Shown piece by piece: positions 63,214-64,000 of a DNA stretch of 64,000 nt (positions are counted from its first letter, which is position 1; every line of letters begins with the position of its first letter). The DNA is from Anaerovoracaceae bacterium (GTDB lineage Bacteria > Bacillota > Clostridia > Peptostreptococcales > Anaerovoracaceae). The DNA is taken from NCBI GenBank assembly GCA_045578745.1, contig JAZNKW010000067.1, forward strand, positions 1,987 through 65,986, written 5' to 3'. The position numbers were made by a program, and so were the translations under genes. Under the pieces are notes generated by a model, which was not told where the DNA came from, did no database searches, and worked only from the letters and a program-made list of their open reading frames with translations.

Positions 63214-63603
63214 ATGAAGTATGTGAAACAATTTCTTATAATTTTAATTATGGCAGTGCTGGGAGGCATCCTCAACTGGCTGATTCCACTGCCCATTCCT
63301 GCCACCGTATGGGGCATGCTGCTCATGTTCATTGCCCTCATGTGCGGACTGGTGAAACTGGACCAGGTGGAAGACACCGCAGACTTTTTTATGGGAATCA
63401 TGCCAATGCTCTTCGTTCCTCTGGCAGTGGGGCTCATGGACACCTGGCAGATTCTGGCCGATTATCTGCTGCCCATCGTCATCATTGTGGCGGTCAGCTT
63501 CTTCATCTGCTATGCCGTAACCGGCAAAACAGCCGATTTCATCATCAGCCGTTCCAGCGGCAGCTCCGGCAGCACCGGCGGAAAGGAGGAACGTCATGAA
63601 TAA
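63214..63603 (+). CDS. lrgA: CidA/LrgA family holin-like protein
   Basis: 129-aa, 4-TM protein with an N-terminus (FLIILIMAVLGGIL) typical of LrgA. It overlaps the following lrgB. Confidence 0.85.
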   Translation: MKYVKQFLIILIMAVLGGILNWLIPLPIPATVWGMLLMFIALMCGLVKLDQVEDTADFFMGIMPMLFVPLAVGLMDTWQILADYLLPIVIIVAVSFFICYAVTGKTADFIISRSSGSSGSTGGKEERHE

Positions 63604-64000
63604 CTTCATTGCCTTCCTGTCCGAAAACGCCTACTTCGGCGCCTTCCTGACCATCGGCCTCTACGTTATGTATAAACAGCTGGCAGACCGGATTAAATTC
63701 GTTCTGTTCAATCCAATCCTGCTGACCACTGCAACCATCATTGGTCTTCTGGTTCTGCTGAACATCCCATACGACAGCTACTACGCTGCAGGAGCCGACG
63801 TGGTCAACTGGCTGCTGACCCCGGCGACGGTATGTTTTGCCGTGCCGCTGTACCGTCAGGTCAAAGTCCTGAAAACCAATGCACCGGCCATTCTGATCAG
63901 TATTTTCCTGGGAAGCCTGTCCTCTGTGGGCGGTATCCTGATTATGGCCAAAGCCTTTGGTCTGCCTTGGGAACTCTACGCCAGCCTGGCCCCAAAATCC
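63596..64000 (+). CDS. lrgB: LrgB family protein; N-terminal part only, as the gene runs off the right edge
   Basis: The ATG is at 63596 and the frame stays open to the window end. The sequence MNNFIAFLSENAYFGAFLTIGLYVMYKQLADRIKFVLFNPILL is typical of LrgB. Confidence 0.85.
   Translation, partial: MNNFIAFLSENAYFGAFLTIGLYVMYKQLADRIKFVLFNPILLTTATIIGLLVLLNIPYDSYYAAGADVVNWLLTPATVCFAVPLYRQVKVLKTNAPAILISIFLGSLSSVGGILIMAKAFGLPWELYASLAPKS

Noticed and set aside
1-64000. A search for a genomic island, prophage, transposon, toxin-antitoxin or defence-system signatures.
   Set aside because: I found no integrase, transposase, recombinase or phage structural gene. I also found no tRNA attachment site, flanking direct repeats, large ATPase or nuclease gene, or abrupt compositional change recognisable by eye. 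The window reads as core chromosome. A compositional scan and a defence-HMM search (for example DefenseFinder or PADLOC) would be needed to exclude subtle cases.

Overview
This looks like a 64-kb stretch of ordinary chromosome from a Firmicutes/Clostridia-type genome. That taxonomic call rests only on GGAGG-type ribosome-binding sites, Firmicute sigma-A promoters and the gene families present. I call about 62 protein genes, roughly three quarters of them on the minus strand. I found no rRNA, tRNA, CRISPR array, transposase, integrase or phage gene.

Gene content:
- Translation and housekeeping: uppS (partial), frr, pyrH, tsf, rpsB, rpoZ, gmk, yicC, rqcH, trmO, rlmA-like.
- One-carbon and folate metabolism: fhs, folD, a THF riboswitch controlling folT, metF, and a split metH.
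- Many peptide, D-amino-acid and N-acyl-amino-acid genes: M19, S58, M55, M24, M18 and three M20 peptidases, a D-aminoacylase, an Asp/Glu-type racemase, an OSBS/NSAR-type enolase, asparaginase, an aminotransferase and tdh-kbl.
- Transporters: sstT, MATE, an OFA-type MFS, two YfcC paralogs, an NCS2 permease, two EamA proteins, lrgAB, and a MacB-type ABC system.

I saw no obvious defence or mobile island. The items most worth follow-up are:
1. A perfect Firmicute LexA (Cheo) box inside a near-consensus promoter that drives an orphan 87-aa ORF (55674-56001).
2. Four copies of a bipartite inverted-half-site motif with an invariant 21-nt spacer, between metH and a PadR/DUF2812 operon (57722-57978).
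3. A MacB-type ABC ATPase and FtsX permease bracketing a 614-aa protein with four Ig-like modules and a C-terminal membrane anchor (41843-45790).
4. A stand-alone LytTR protein next to a divergent small membrane protein (21368-22259).
5. A YgjV-like gene frameshifted at a homopolymer (38170-38702).

All product names come from reading the translated motifs by eye. No database search or RNA folding was run. Start codons were chosen from RBS context.
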